From NCBI GenBank assembly GCA_949372665.1, contig CASIAV010000031.1, positions 8,699 through 72,698 of the forward strand: DNA of 64,000 nt. The letters run 5' to 3'. How positions within the stretch are numbered: the stretch's first letter is position 1; each line of letters begins with the position of its first letter. Both the position numbers and the translations under genes were made by a program. The notes beneath the pieces were generated by a model, which made no database searches, was not told the DNA's origin, and was given only the letters and a program-made list of their open reading frames with translations. Shown piece by piece: positions 56,201-63,863 of this stretch. Source of the stretch: an uncultured Verrucomicrobiales bacterium. Its GTDB lineage: Bacteria; Verrucomicrobiota; Verrucomicrobiia; Verrucomicrobiales; Akkermansiaceae.

Positions 56201-58848
56201 GGGTTGCGGAGATGGCAGATTATCCCTCTGGAGTTGATGGAAAGCCTGGAGGACGTGTGCGTTTTTTGGAGGATCTTGATGGGGATGGGAAATACGAAAA
56301 ATCGACTCTTTTTCTCAAAGGGCTCAATTACCCTGCGGGAATCATGTCTTGGCGCAGTGGAGTAATTGTAGCGGCCGCGCCTGATTTGATCTATGCGCAA
56401 GACACCACTGGTGACGGTAAAGCTGATCTCCAAGAAGTGCTCTATTCCGGATTCAAGCAAGGCAATCAACAGCTACGAGTCAATGGATTGAGCTGGGGTT
56501 TGGACAACTGGATTCATGGTGCCAATGGGAGTCACCATCCTGGGTATGCAAAAAATACCATGATTCATTCTTCGCGAGCAGGAAGCACTTTACCACTAGG
56601 TAGTATGGACTTTCGAATTCGTCCCGATGAGGGGCTGATGGAAGCTCTCTCTGGACCTTCTCAATTTGGCCGAGCGCGCGATGATTGGGGGAATTCGTTC
56701 GGGGTGCAGAACAGTTTCCCCCTTTGGCACTATGTTTTGGAGGAGCGCTATTTGACTAGGAACATTAATTTTGCACCACCTGAAATTCGTCGTCAGCTTC
56801 GCCCTCAAAATCCGCGAGTGTTTCCAGCGTCATCCCTCCAGAAACGGTTTCACAGTTTTAATCAATCTGGGCGTTTCACGAGTGCTTGTTCGCCGATGAT
56901 TTATCGTGATCGACTTTTGTTTGACGACGAGCAGGTGCATGCTTTGACCTGCGAGCCCTTTCATAACTTAGTGCAGCGAGTCGTGTTGGATCGTGATGGC
57001 TACAGCTTTAAAGCCAAGCGGGCAGAAGAAGGAGCCTTTGATTTTTTTGCTTCTGAGGACAGATGGTGTCGCCCGGTGATGGCCCGAACTGGTCCAGATG
57101 GTGCCGTGTGGGTAGTCGACATGTATCGATATATGATTGAGCATCCCGAGTGGTTGCCTGACGAGGGGAAAAGAGAAATGAAAGCGCACGAGCGCAAGGG
57201 GTCTGGTTACGGGCGGATTTATCGTATTTTGCCCAAGGATGAGCCGGTCCGGGAAATCCCAGATCTGGCGAAGGTTGCTCCCAAAAATCTTGTGAGGTAT
57301 TTGGCAAGTCCAAATGGAATTGTGCGAGATCTTGCTCATCGCCTTCTTGTCGAAAGAAAAGCGGTTTCGGTGACTGGTCAGGTTTCGAAGATGGCCTTAA
57401 AACATCCGAGTCCTAGAGCTCGTTTGCACGCTCTGTGTGTGCTCGATGGAATCAATCGATTGACTCTGGAGATCCTCTATTCCGCGTGCAAGGATCCCCA
57501 TCCTCAACTTCGTCGTCATGCCGTTCGTCTTGCGGAATATCGCTGGGCTAAAGAGCCTGAATTAGTCGTAGCCGTCTCGGAGATGATCGATGATGTTGAT
57601 TTAGGGGTGCGCTTGCAGGTGGCTTGCTCATTAGGCAACTCAAAGAGACCTGAAGCGGGCCATGCTCTGGCTGCCTTGGCGGTAGATAATGCCGCGGACC
57701 CTATGATTAGGGCGGCAGTGATGAGCTCGCCTCCGCATCATTTTATTGCCCTAGCCGAGCGAGCTCTTGATCAAGGGGTGTTGGTTGACGAGCTCATTAA
57801 AGTGGCTGGGGCTAAAAACCATGCCGCCTTAGAAGCACTGGTTACCCGACTCTCCCAGCCTGGCAAAGAAGGCTTCCAACCGGTGCAATTCCAATCGCTG
57901 AGCCATTGGGCTGATCTTCATCCCCAAGCTTCAGTAAGTCTCAGTCATGTGATTGGGGAGGCACGCAAAATCGTCCGCATGCCAGGGGGATCGAGCCCGC
58001 TTAAAATTGCCGCAATTAGCTTATTGGGAAGAGAGGAAAACAAATTTAAGAGCGACCGAGATCTCTTAGGAGAATTACTTATTTTGTCGGAATCCAGCGA
58101 AATGAAATTTGCGGTGATTGAAGCTCTTGCGAGAATGGGTGGACCGGACATACCACGCCTTATGATTGGTTCTTGGAGTGGATGTTTTCCTCGAGAAAGG
58201 TCAAAAATTATGGACACCCTCCTCCAGCGAAAAGAGTGGGCGATGACAATGCTCAAAGCGATAGGACAAGGTCAAATTTCGCCAGAAGCAGTTGATGTTT
58301 CGAGGCGCCAGATCCTGCGAACTCATGCGGATGCCGGGATTAAAAAGATGGCAGAGGAGTTGTTTCCCTCTCATGGAGGACTGACACGAGCGCGGCAGCT
58401 CAAGAAATTCCGTTCTGCTTTGGAACTTAAAGCGAATCCTCAAGATGGGCGAGCGGTGTTCAATCGAGCCTGTGCGCATTGTCACCTTTCGGTAAAGGGT
58501 CTCCCCATGAATGGGCCAGACCTACGCTCCATTACAGAGCGTAGCAAGGAGGGTCTCTTCACCTCAATTTTAAATCCTAACGAATCAGTGGACCCTTCTT
58601 ATTTCGGTTATTCAGTGACTCTTAAAGACGGTAAAATGCTCTTTGGAAGGGTTCTTGCAGAAAAGGAGAACAATCTCACTTTGAGACTTCTTGATGGTAG
58701 TGATCGTCAGATTCTCCGAAAAAGAATTAAAGGTTTAGACACAAGTGGGCGCTCGCTTATGCCAGATGGTCTCGAGCTTGGTATGACCCACCAAAATCTT
58801 GCTGACCTGATTGGATTTTTACAAACCTTTGGGCGCGAAGGTGAATAA
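53212..58848 (+). CDS. 1878-aa fusion protein: neutral-ceramidase-like N-terminal domain, two LamG domains, PVC-type dehydrogenase-like propeller, HEAT repeats and a C-terminal CxxCH heme domain
   Basis: The start is uncertain (53212, or Met at 53290). Ceramidase-like VAVVDSCMIPRDVCDRT...IVIAATHTHSAPS. LamG-type GRLDEVAWFKGAFS and GRLDHVALYDRALS. IHVPEGYRIELVASEPLIKDPVAIDWGADGKLWVAEMADYPSG. HEAT-like repeats. ACAHCH...SLMP. Confidence 0.8.
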   Translation: MEEGPDQSWPYLPLKDRVPPSSLRLVMVLLKIINPASLAKRLLLLSALGSYLLVGLLSLSADSHLAEQNLLAGAHVQDITPPFDSLLINGGFVERRRGKMQPGDLKARCFVLQRGEVSIAVAVVDSCMIPRDVCDRTKALASQKTGIPIDQIVIAATHTHSAPSTMDYCLGTMADPAYTEFLPSKIAEGIVKAYGKIEPAQIGHKQVKATGYNYNRRWITRPDQMQRDPFGDKTVRAMMHPGFRNPKYVGPSGPVDDELSVLSIQALNGDPIGVLANFSMHYHGGGGGPADYFGLFSDRLAKQLAVGGREPVCAMTQGTSGDLHLRDYEGDRTNSDISIYTDGLVEIAKGAVEKVRYDRSPLLGMDQKELTLSRRLPDAKRLAWADKMLSEMKGQRPKNRPEVYAEQARYIHKNPTENLVLQTLRIGNLGITTIPNEVYAITGLKLKAWSPFPSTFNIELANGAAGYIPPPEQHALGGYTTWPARTAGLEVEAEPKIVETLLSSFESLAGKPRRPSLRHQGDYVKWIMAQKPLAYFQCEDLGGGTLDDASGQGRSGHVEGVVAYHLPGPECQAISEQNSNNALQLAGGRISVTVPKARTLSFWFWNGMSNTVRDHTGDLVQHGVSRFLRIGGKADGESSGSLILQDGEKRFFGKTKLALKAWHHVVMSQEEEEVKIYLDGHIIPEVSAPLTPSESEQWHLGGELPVEGRLDEVAWFKGAFSQKEAARNFSASRMTPPARPAPPRPKYDRGAMAGYQKSVLASQPSVWIEHGNEASQQRVQKKFEGIEDVYTVEFWVRNQLPNQIRPVTAYLFSRGVDGMKEAEGDHLGIGGSHLAAGKLIVFQGNRSGGLLTGVTELEPNSWHHLAMIREGERVRVYLNGRSEPEIDGTLARTYPDGHPEFFFGGRSDRFSILEGRLDHVALYDRALSIVEISEHYEAVNLLPSEKNLEESNSGALSPQDALSSIHVPEGYRIELVASEPLIKDPVAIDWGADGKLWVAEMADYPSGVDGKPGGRVRFLEDLDGDGKYEKSTLFLKGLNYPAGIMSWRSGVIVAAAPDLIYAQDTTGDGKADLQEVLYSGFKQGNQQLRVNGLSWGLDNWIHGANGSHHPGYAKNTMIHSSRAGSTLPLGSMDFRIRPDEGLMEALSGPSQFGRARDDWGNSFGVQNSFPLWHYVLEERYLTRNINFAPPEIRRQLRPQNPRVFPASSLQKRFHSFNQSGRFTSACSPMIYRDRLLFDDEQVHALTCEPFHNLVQRVVLDRDGYSFKAKRAEEGAFDFFASEDRWCRPVMARTGPDGAVWVVDMYRYMIEHPEWLPDEGKREMKAHERKGSGYGRIYRILPKDEPVREIPDLAKVAPKNLVRYLASPNGIVRDLAHRLLVERKAVSVTGQVSKMALKHPSPRARLHALCVLDGINRLTLEILYSACKDPHPQLRRHAVRLAEYRWAKEPELVVAVSEMIDDVDLGVRLQVACSLGNSKRPEAGHALAALAVDNAADPMIRAAVMSSPPHHFIALAERALDQGVLVDELIKVAGAKNHAALEALVTRLSQPGKEGFQPVQFQSLSHWADLHPQASVSLSHVIGEARKIVRMPGGSSPLKIAAISLLGREENKFKSDRDLLGELLILSESSEMKFAVIEALARMGGPDIPRLMIGSWSGCFPRERSKIMDTLLQRKEWAMTMLKAIGQGQISPEAVDVSRRQILRTHADAGIKKMAEELFPSHGGLTRARQLKKFRSALELKANPQDGRAVFNRACAHCHLSVKGLPMNGPDLRSITERSKEGLFTSILNPNESVDPSYFGYSVTLKDGKMLFGRVLAEKENNLTLRLLDGSDRQILRKRIKGLDTSGRSLMPDGLELGMTHQNLADLIGFLQTFGREGE

Positions 58849-58894
58849 ACAACCTCCAAATGGATTCGAGTTCGGCGATGGATATCTGGGAGAG

Positions 58895-60286
58895 CTAGGC
58901 GATGATGCCGCGTTCCACGTTCCCGGCGACGTCGGTAAGTCGGAAGTCACGGCCAGCGTAGTTGTAAGTGAGCTGTTCGTGGTCAAGCCCAAGGAGATGG
59001 AGCATCGTAGCGTGGAGGTCATGCATGTGAAGTCGGCCGCTCACCGCGGTGTCACCCACTTCATCGGTTGCCCCGTGGGCGTGACCTGGTTTAGTGCCTC
59101 CTCCGGCTAACCAAGTCGTGAAGCCGCGTGGGTTGTGGTCGCGGCCGTCCTTGCCTTGTGAGAAGGGTGTGCGTCCAAACTCTCCGCCCCACCAGACAAG
59201 GGTGTCTTCCAGAAGGCCGCGCTGTTTGAGGTCTTTTAAAAGTCCGGCCACGGGCTGGTCGGTTGCGTGAGCGTGGACCTTGTGCTTGGGCATGTTGGAA
59301 TGTTGGTCCCAGCGTGGATTAACTGACTCATCGGAGTAGTTAACTTGGATAAAACGGACTCCGCGCTCTGCGAGCCGGCGGGCCATTAGGCATTGTCTGC
59401 CATAGTCGTCGGTCGCTTTTTCGCCAATCCCATACATGGATTTAGTAGCTTCAGATTCTTCCGCGAGGTCGAGAATGTCGGGGGCATTCATCTGCATCCG
59501 GAAGGCAAGGTCGAAGGAGTCGATAGCAGCGTTGATATTTTGATCGTTTTTGGTTTGCGCCTGCTGTCGGTTCAGTTGTTGGAGGAAGTCGAACTGTTTT
59601 GACTGAGCGTTGAGGGGAAGGTGTGGGTTTTTGAGATTTCTGATGGTGGCTTTTGATGCAGGAAGTCCGGCTCGGCCAATGCAGGTGCCTTGGTGGACAG
59701 CTGGGAGAAAAGCATTGGAGTAGTTGCGCGGTCCGCCCTTGCTGGCGGAGGGCATAATGGTGACAAAGCCAGGAAGGTTCTCGTTTTCGGTTCCCAGACC
59801 ATAGGTGATCCAGCTGCCCATGGAGGGGCGGACTAAGTTAGTCGCTCCGGTATGAAGAAAGAGGGTGGAGGGGCCGTGCGCCACCCCTTCGGTATGCATG
59901 GAATGTATAAAGCAGAGATCATCGACATGCTTTGCGATGTGGGGAAAGAGAGAGCTGACCCAGCGACCGGATTCACCGTGTTGCTTGAAATCCCAAAGCG
60001 GTTTGAGAAGTTTCCGTTGGGATTTTTTGCCGAAGGTGTTTTTGCGGACACCCACGAAATCAAAAGATTGTCCGTCGCGTTTGATAAGCCCGGGCTTGTA
60101 GTCGAAGGAGTCAACATGGGAGGGCCCTCCAGCCATGAAGAGAAAGATGATCCTTTTAGCGCGAGCTGGTAGGACAGGAGATTTTGGAGATAGAGGGTTG
60201 CTGAGACCTTTGCCTAAAAGGGAGGAAAGCGCGAGGGAACCGAATCCACAACTGGACGATTTTAGCAGCTGGCGACGGTTGAGCAT
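58895..60286 (-). CDS. DUF1501 domain protein, Tat-signal
   Basis: Start at ATG 60286 (MLNRRQLLKSSSCGFGSLALSSLL) rather than the low-complexity track start 60547. [22 protein letters not shown]...GRDHNPRGFTTWLAGGG. Confidence 0.9.
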   Translation of the reverse strand: MLNRRQLLKSSSCGFGSLALSSLLGKGLSNPLSPKSPVLPARAKRIIFLFMAGGPSHVDSFDYKPGLIKRDGQSFDFVGVRKNTFGKKSQRKLLKPLWDFKQHGESGRWVSSLFPHIAKHVDDLCFIHSMHTEGVAHGPSTLFLHTGATNLVRPSMGSWITYGLGTENENLPGFVTIMPSASKGGPRNYSNAFLPAVHQGTCIGRAGLPASKATIRNLKNPHLPLNAQSKQFDFLQQLNRQQAQTKNDQNINAAIDSFDLAFRMQMNAPDILDLAEESEATKSMYGIGEKATDDYGRQCLMARRLAERGVRFIQVNYSDESVNPRWDQHSNMPKHKVHAHATDQPVAGLLKDLKQRGLLEDTLVWWGGEFGRTPFSQGKDGRDHNPRGFTTWLAGGGTKPGHAHGATDEVGDTAVSGRLHMHDLHATMLHLLGLDHEQLTYNYAGRDFRLTDVAGNVERGIIA

Positions 60287-60332
60287 AGGCTGAAGGTTTG
60301 GTTTTGTGACATGAACTATCCCGCTGTGTGGT

Positions 60333-61283
60333 TTAGTTGATGAAGCGAAAGTCGATGGTTGAGAAGAGAGCTTGAGTGAGTTGGGTCCAAGCTTCTGTTT
60401 TTTGTTCGGGGGGGAAGCTGGCGAGAAAGGTTTGAGAGGAGAGGCGTTCGCTTTCGGAGGGAGGACGGGAGAGGATGAGGAGGTAAGTATCTTCGACGGT
60501 TCCCGCTTCGGCGAGAAGTCTTTTGGCGGTGAGTTCTGACTGCTCACGTATAAAGGGGCTGTTCATGAGGAAGAGTGCCTGGGTGGGGAGGTTGGTGGTG
60601 GAACGCCGTCCTACCACAAGATTTGGATTTGGGGCGTCGAAGACCTCAAAAATAGGGAGCATGGAATTGCGGAACCACGGGACATAGACACTCCGGCGGT
60701 TCGAATCAAAATGGTAGTTGAGGTCGTACTGTCCAGCATTTCGAATCGTCGGCCCGCCCTTGATGGGATCAAATTGTCCGCTGAGGTGAAGAGCGGTGTC
60801 GCGAATAGCCTCGGCTTCAAGGCGCTTACGATGAGCTCGACCAAAGAAGCGGTTTTCAGGGTCGCTAGGGTCAGCAGTTTTCGAGGATAGCTGATAGGTT
60901 CGACTCAGGACGATTTCGCGGATGAGTGATTTGATTGACCAATTATTTTCGGTGAACTGGATCGCTAGATGGTCGAGCAGTTTAGGATGACTTGGCAATT
61001 CTCCTGTTTTCCCAAAGTTGTCGACGGTGCGCACGATGCCTTCACCGAGGAGATATTTCCAAATGCGGTTTACCATGACTCGAGAAGTGAGCGGATGCTG
61101 AGGATCAGTGATCCATTCGGCGAGTTCAAGCCGCCCGGAATGACCTTCCGGAATTTCGTGGGATGTTCCGGCTTGGGAGGCGACGGTGATGAAACCCCGC
61201 GGAACCTTGGCTCCTTTGTTGCGGACCAGGCCGCGGATGTGGACGTGCCCGTCTGCGATCGTCTCGGCTTCGGTCGGCGCCAT
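60333..61283 (-). CDS. DUF1553 (PSD1) C-terminal half of a split DUF1549/DUF1553 gene
   Basis: 316 aa. LELAEWITDPQHPLTSRVMVNRIWKYLLGEGIV...GELPSHPKLLDHL matches the C-terminal halves of the intact paralogs. It starts 20 nt after, and in a different frame from, the stop of 61304-63079. Confidence 0.8.
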   Translation of the reverse strand: MAPTEAETIADGHVHIRGLVRNKGAKVPRGFITVASQAGTSHEIPEGHSGRLELAEWITDPQHPLTSRVMVNRIWKYLLGEGIVRTVDNFGKTGELPSHPKLLDHLAIQFTENNWSIKSLIREIVLSRTYQLSSKTADPSDPENRFFGRAHRKRLEAEAIRDTALHLSGQFDPIKGGPTIRNAGQYDLNYHFDSNRRSVYVPWFRNSMLPIFEVFDAPNPNLVVGRRSTTNLPTQALFLMNSPFIREQSELTAKRLLAEAGTVEDTYLLILSRPPSESERLSSQTFLASFPPEQKTEAWTQLTQALFSTIDFRFIN

Positions 61284-61303
61284 CGTGATGGGTTGAAGCT
61301 TCT

Positions 61304-63079
61304 TTAATTTAGCCGTGAGTATTTGTGTCGGCTTTCAAGTTTCTTAAGATTAGCTTTGGACTTCTGTGGAATTACAGAATTTGGTGTGATGAAAGCTACG
61401 GCATCGGCGATGACATGGGCCGTGGTTTTCTCGGTGGAGATGACGATGGATGCCGGCTTTTCGCTTGAGAATGGAAATGTTCCAACGTTGGTAAATGTTT
61501 CCCAGATAGAAGCCTGCTTCGATTGGTCAATGATAACAGTCGTTGTGCCTTCGGCGTGGTGAATGGTGACAGGAACGTTTTTGGCACGATTGGGGCCTGA
61601 ACTGTAGGCGACCAGAACTTCATAGTCGCGATTTCCCCCAAGAGTGGTGGTGAACTTGGCTCTCTTTTCTCCCTTACCGGTATTTTCGTCGTGGAGGTAG
61701 CTCTTGCCGATCCAAGGTTTTGTAGCGGTGGATTCCTTCCACTTTCCGGTTAATTTCGCTTCGGTAGAATCAATGATGATTCCAGGAAATTTTTTTAGAT
61801 CAGGTGAGCTTTTGAGTGTATCAATTTGTTTTTTGAGAGAGTCGATCGAACTGCGGAGCTGTGTGATCTCGGCAGGATTGGAAATTGCGAGAGGGTTGGT
61901 GGCGAAGGAAGTGACTCCGGAGGCGGCGCTGCCTTTACCCATGGAGCGCGTGCTTTGAAAGATGCCCGCAAGGGCGTAGTAGTCAGAAGTAGGGATGGGG
62001 TCAAACTTGTGATCATGGCAGCGGGCGCAGCCAAGAGTCATTCCGAGGAAGGTGCGCCCGACCGTGTCGATTTGCTCGTCGACGAATTCCATTTTGAGAA
62101 GTTCGTGATCTTGTAGTTCGTAGTTGAGTGCGCCAAGGACGAGGTAACCCGAGCCGATGAGTTGGGAATTTCGTTGGATGGGGGTCGAGTGGGAAAGGAG
62201 GTCTCCGGCAAGATGCTCGCGGACGAGTTGGTGGTAAGGCTTGTCCTTGTTAAATGAGTCGATTACGTAGTCACGGAAACGCCAAGCATCGGGAAAGACG
62301 AGGGAGCGGCCACCACCGGAGGATTCGGCAAAGCGGGTGATGTCGAGCCAGTGGCGGCCCCATCGTTCTCCAAATTCTGGACGAGCGAGGAGGTGAGCGA
62401 CGATGGTTTGGAACGCTTGCGAGGACTTGTCCCGAAGGAAGGCTTTCAGTTCGTCAGGCGAAGGTGGCAGCCCGATAAGATCGAAGTAAACGCGACGAAG
62501 AAGGGTGGTTTTCGATGCGCGTCTCGAAGGAGTGATTTTTTGGGCTTCGAGTCGGGCCAGGATGAAGCGGTCGATATCGTTGGCTGGCCATGCGGTATCG
62601 CGGGGTTTCGGGATTGGGTGGGCCACGGGAGGTTGGAAGGACCAAAATTGGCGCCCTTTATTGAGGTCGATTTGGGAAGTGGTTTTTTTGGTTTTGTTTT
62701 CGCGAGGGTCAGGGGCACCCATCGCAATCCATGACTTGAGATGCTGAATTTTAGAATCTGGGAGCCGGTTTTTAGGTGGCATTTCTAAGTCGCTATTGGT
62801 GTAGGAAATGGCGTTGAGGAGAAGGGAGTCCTCGGGTTTTCCAGGGATAATAGCGGGGCCGGAGTCACCGCCGGTTTGCCACCCGGTGCGTGAATCAAGG
62901 TAGAGGTTGGCTTTCAGCTCCTTAGCGTCGGCGGAGTGACATTCGTAACAGTGCTCGACAAAGAGAGGACGAATGTGGGTTTCAAAATATTCAATACCCT
63001 CCGAATTATTGGCGTGAACCATCGAGCCACTCGCGAGAAAGGCGAGAGTGATTTTTAGCTGACGTAAGTTGCCAAACAT
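61304..63079 (-). CDS. PSCyt1-DUF1549 N-terminal half with a golvesin-C-terminal-like beta-sandwich insert (split gene)
   Basis: Signal peptide. HCYECHSAD. GCARCHDHKFDPIP. The insert reads IIIDSTEAKLTGKWKEST...YLHD...DYEVLVAYSSGPNRAKNVPVTIHHAEG...IWETFTNVGTFPF...HVIADAVAFI. The ORF ends where the paralogs continue into DUF1553. Confidence 0.8.
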   Translation of the reverse strand: MFGNLRQLKITLAFLASGSMVHANNSEGIEYFETHIRPLFVEHCYECHSADAKELKANLYLDSRTGWQTGGDSGPAIIPGKPEDSLLLNAISYTNSDLEMPPKNRLPDSKIQHLKSWIAMGAPDPRENKTKKTTSQIDLNKGRQFWSFQPPVAHPIPKPRDTAWPANDIDRFILARLEAQKITPSRRASKTTLLRRVYFDLIGLPPSPDELKAFLRDKSSQAFQTIVAHLLARPEFGERWGRHWLDITRFAESSGGGRSLVFPDAWRFRDYVIDSFNKDKPYHQLVREHLAGDLLSHSTPIQRNSQLIGSGYLVLGALNYELQDHELLKMEFVDEQIDTVGRTFLGMTLGCARCHDHKFDPIPTSDYYALAGIFQSTRSMGKGSAASGVTSFATNPLAISNPAEITQLRSSIDSLKKQIDTLKSSPDLKKFPGIIIDSTEAKLTGKWKESTATKPWIGKSYLHDENTGKGEKRAKFTTTLGGNRDYEVLVAYSSGPNRAKNVPVTIHHAEGTTTVIIDQSKQASIWETFTNVGTFPFSSEKPASIVISTEKTTAHVIADAVAFITPNSVIPQKSKANLKKLESRHKYSRLN

Positions 63080-63206
63080 AGATCAAATGAGGTTGAAAAA
63101 AGCGACAAGGCCACCTGGGAAGATGGAGTGCAGAGGCTGATTACGGAAGAATCGAGCACAATTGTTCATTTTCTGTTCAGGTTATACAGGCTAAGCTTGA
63201 GAAAAG

Positions 63207-63863
63207 ATGAGAGTGCTTGTAGTTGAGGATCAGGACGATCTGCGTGAGGTGGTGGTGGAGACGCTACGCGAGGAATCCTTCGCGGTAGATGAATCGGCGG
63301 ATGGTGAAGAGGGTCTCTACAAGGCGCTGAACTGGGATTACGATATCGTGGTTCTTGATGTAATGATGCCGGTGATGAACGGCTGGGAGGTCTTGGATGG
63401 ATTACGTAAGGAGAAACAGACACCGGTCCTGATGCTGACGGCTCTTGATCAGGTGTGTGATAAGGTAAAGGGTCTGAATCATGGGGCGGATGATTATTTG
63501 GCAAAACCTTTTGATTTGACGGAGTTGGTGGCACGGGTGAGAGCGGTGATGAGAAGGAAGGGCGGTGACCATTGCCCGGAGGTCACGGTTGGTAATGTTA
63601 CGATCAACACGACGGCTAAGACTCTGCGGCTAGGTGATAAGGAAGTGGAGGTGACCGCACGAGAATTTGCGATGGCAGAGTTATTAATCAAGCACCGTGA
63701 TGAAGTCGTGACACGTGATTTTTTATACGACCATCTTTTCGACGAAAATGATGAGTCGATGTCAAACATGCTTGATGTTTATGTTTACAAATTACGTCAA
63801 AAATTTGGCAAAAGTTTTATCAAGACGCGTCGGGGTCAGGGGTATATCGTTGAATCAAGTTAG
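63207..63863 (+). CDS. OmpR/PhoB-family response regulator
   Basis: Receiver domain MRVLVVEDQDDL...DIVVLDVMMPVMNGWEVL...KPF. Winged-helix output LTAREFAMAELLIKH...YVYKLRQKF...IKTRRGQGY. Confidence 0.9.
   Translation: MRVLVVEDQDDLREVVVETLREESFAVDESADGEEGLYKALNWDYDIVVLDVMMPVMNGWEVLDGLRKEKQTPVLMLTALDQVCDKVKGLNHGADDYLAKPFDLTELVARVRAVMRRKGGDHCPEVTVGNVTINTTAKTLRLGDKEVEVTAREFAMAELLIKHRDEVVTRDFLYDHLFDENDESMSNMLDVYVYKLRQKFGKSFIKTRRGQGYIVESS

Noticed and set aside
58895-60547. N-terminal extensions offered by the ORF track (60547, and also 7266, 10109, 21064, 33884, 39867 and 50591).
   Set aside because: The extensions are low-complexity or overlap the upstream gene. Internal ATGs give canonical signal or twin-arginine leaders, and several create ATGA overlaps. 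The shorter models are preferred.
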